NCBI RefSeq assembly: GCF_001194135.2
Contig: NC_068981.1
Location: 195,196,972 to 195,234,260 of the forward strand
Length of the DNA: 37,289 nucleotides
Reading direction: 5' to 3'
Source of the DNA: Octopus bimaculoides
Lineage: Eukaryota
In this document: positions 34,829-37,289 of the stretch, one piece after another
Layout of the letters: every line of letters begins with the position of its first letter
Numbering within the stretch: the first letter of the stretch is position 1
Made by a program: the position numbers and the translations under genes
Notes under the pieces: generated by a model
Told to the model about the DNA's origin: nothing
Seen by the model: only the letters and a program-made list of their open reading frames with translations
Databases searched by the model: none

Positions 34829-34990
34829 CGACATCGAAAAATGCCTTAGGAATGAGAACCCAGGTTCGAAATTTTCCCAAGACACCTGATGAAGGCTGGA
34901 GGGTATATCAGCCAAAACATTGTGTTAACAACAAACAAGATGAGGACGAATATCTGTCAAATGTAAATAATGTAAATAATGTAAATTTAT
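34826..34990 (+). mobile_element. Probable Penelope-like terminal repeat (pLTR), copy 2
   Basis: ACATCGAAAAATGCCTTAGGAATGAGAACCCAGGTTCGAAATT..GACACCTGATGA..AACAAACAAGATGAGGAC..GTCAAATGTAAATAATGTAAA, collinear with the reverse complement of copy 1. Confidence 0.7.
34881..34926 (+). ncRNA. Hammerhead ribozyme motif, core mutated (probably inactive)
   Basis: GACAC CUGAUGA A GGCUG gaggguauau CAGCC AAAAC AUU GUGUU: GAAAC has become AAAAC and GUU has become AUU. Confidence 0.65.
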
Positions 34991-35154
34991 GTTTTCTTCC
35001 ACTCGAAACTTAACGCCAAATCTGCAAGAATTACATCACAGGAACTTTAGAGTGAAGAAGAAATACGTCATCTTTAGCGAAGCCTGACATAATCTGCGGA
35101 CACACACACACACACACACACACACACGCGCACACAAATTTCATTACAAATTCC

Positions 35155-35275
35155 ATTCAAATTCCGTCGATGAAATAAGCACAGGTCCAGCAGATGGGGG
35201 GGGGGATAGGAAGGGGATTAAATCGACTTTTCCCTCTCCCAAAATTGCTGACCTTGTGCTGCAAATTTGAGAACA
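35155..35275 (+). mobile_element. Partial SINE type A
   Basis: TTCAAATTCCGTCGATGAAATAAG..AATCGACTT..AAATTGCTGACCTTGTGC..AAATTTGA. Confidence 0.55.
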
Positions 35276-35437
35276 ATATTAATGGTATCCGTTCACCCAT
35301 CATAGCAAAAATATACTTCCCAAATTAGCCGTCATGTGACCGACAACACTCCAGCGCATGCCTTGTAAGATTCCTTTAGATCATTGCATGTTTCCCGCCA
35401 TTCGCACATCGGACTTAAATTATTGTCCTATATAAAC

Positions 35438-36040
35438 TATAGGATCTCAATGTGGGCGCTACCACCCGGTGGGCGTTGAAACAGTCCAGGTGGGCGCTGG
35501 TGCCTAACGGGTGGTGGAGGTGGCAGAGAGAAAGGAGGCGTTGGGAGAAAGGCAGTGGATTGGGGGACATAATATCATAATATCATAATATCATTATAGT
35601 ATTGTATACAAATTATATAATATTATATTAAACATCAAATGACTCATGGAATGAATTAGTAAAATAGAAAATATTTATTTATACATAAAAATAGGGTAAA
35701 GATTATTTGTCAACATAGCATGGCAGTCCTGGTTTAGGACGAATGTTGCTGTAATTTAGCCCCAGGAGATTCCCTTGTTCGAAAATATAAGGACACAGAT
35801 CGTGTCGCATAGCCAGCTGGAGACGATGTCTCCTGGGGCTAAATTACAGCAACATTCATCCTAAACCAGGACTGCCATGTTATGTTGGTAAATAATCTTT
35901 GCTACAAAGTACTGTTGCTGAATATCTCTCGTTGTGAGATTTACAAATAGTAATTTTCTAATAAAATTAGGGGTTGAGGCGCTGAGGGTATTATGTGGCC
36001 ATGGGGGGAGGTGGTGACCCCAAAAATTTGAGAACCTCTG
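35438..36040. mobile_element. Non-autonomous hAT (Buster/Charlie-like) element with an 8-bp TSD
   Basis: Right end (rc) CAGAGGTTCTCAAA and left end TATAGGATCTCAAT match at 10/14. An identical 8-bp flank ATATAAAC occurs at 35430-35437 and 36041-36048, with TA at positions 4-5. Confidence 0.75.
35696..35902. mobile_element. Fold-back MITE with 74-bp inverted arms, nested in the hAT element
   Basis: 35696-35769 versus the reverse complement of 35829-35902, about 5 mismatches: AAAGATTATTT..CAACATA.CATGGCAGTCCTGGTTTAGGA.GAATGTTGCTGTAATTTAGCCCCAGGAGA. Confidence 0.85.
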
Positions 36041-36581
36041 ATATAAACTTATAACCTACAGTCTGATTCCATGTTCTATGTTCAGCTACCGTCAAAATCA
36101 ATGGATGTGTCTAATCAAAGAAAGGCATGAATTGAAACTAGCGGGGCACGTTAATATTTCACGGAATTAATGGTAAACATATTAGGTTATTCCTGCAAAC
36201 CTTATCCAAAAAGCCTGAGAGCGTAGCCTGTGTTGTGTCTATATCAAAAGATAATCTCTCATCTGATAATCATTGAAAAGTGAAAGAAATTGCAATACGA
36301 TAATTACTTAATGCATTTTATATATATATTTTATATACTTTATGCGCAATTTTATAGACTTACTACACAGCGCTCATGAAATAAACATTCACCCATATTT
36401 TTCCATTTTTACTATATAAAAAAAAAATCCGGTACATGTGTTACAACCTTTAATTAAATAACATACATCTGCCACGTAAATAAGCATTAATATTGCACAT
36501 AACTGCACTTATGCACATGTAATAGGTGATATAAAAAACTTAGTTCAATTAAAAAAAAACACTTTACACTATCCTATCACC

Positions 36582-36627
36582 AACGCCACCACCACCATCA
36601 CCACCACCACCACCACCACCACCACCC
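36582..36627. repeat. (CCA)n microsatellite
   Basis: Directly visible. Confidence 0.9.
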
Positions 36628-37289
36628 ATCAGCTCTCTGTCTTTCTCACCTCTCCCTCTATCTCTTCTCTCTTTCTCCTGTCTCTCTTTTTTCACCACAC
36701 AATCAAAACATCACCTTTCTACTAACATTATATTTTGGACTCTCTTCCTCTACCTTCAACTAACTTTTTTAGCCACGTAACAAATATTACGTTCCCCCTA
36801 ACTCGCGTAACGGATGCTTCTCTCTCCCTCTCTTTTCTTTCTCTCTCCTTCTCACTCTTCGCCTTATCCTCTCTTCGTCTCTGTCTTTACTTTCTCCCCT
36901 CTTTCCCTTCAACTAATCACGTGAAAGCCTTACAATTACATTCCCTCTATCTCACGTCATAGATGCCTCTCACACCCCCTTTCTCCCTCCCTCTTTTTCT
37001 CTCTCCCATTTATTTGTCCCTCTTTTTCTCAAATCACCTGAAAGTGTTACCGACGGGCTAAGTAACGCAATGACAAGCAGAATTATTATAAGATCGGTCA
37101 GTGGTGAGACATGAATATCAAAACTTTCCTTTCATTCTCGCTACACTATAAATGTCCTATAAACGCTCATGAAATAAAGCATTATCTTCTTATTTCCGAA
37201 TATTTTCTGTGTAGGCTGCCATTTCTGGGTGAATTGGTATCCTGTGTGGGTTGGCATCACTAACTGTTATGTTTTCGGTAAACAGCGTT

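Overview
AT-rich, repeat-saturated eukaryotic DNA from a draft assembly. There are about 22 N-gaps totalling roughly 4.5 kb, nearly all bordered by microsatellites. The SINE repertoire and microsatellite density look like an octopus/cephalopod genome, an inference from recalled repeat families that was not checked. I recognise no intact protein-coding or RNA gene; most ORFs in the track are translated microsatellites or N-gaps. The window is a mosaic of decayed mobile elements. DNA transposons: a DD41D (rosa-type) Tc1/mariner, a mariner, a Tc1-derived MITE, a hAT element with an 8-bp TSD, and a family of fold-back MITEs. Retroelements: R4/Dong-like LINE ends sitting in (TAA)n, RTE-like LINE fragments, Penelope-like element (PLE) fragments and at least four tRNA-derived SINE types. 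The most notable feature is at 34540-35000: two inverted copies of a probable PLE terminal repeat, each containing a minimal hammerhead ribozyme motif. One motif is intact, the other has lost core residues, and their stem II differs by a compensatory base pair. This lies in a 2.2-kb cluster of three separate fold-back structures. The components belong to known classes; any novelty is at the level of family and arrangement. Boundaries of decayed elements are approximate and identities were judged by eye.
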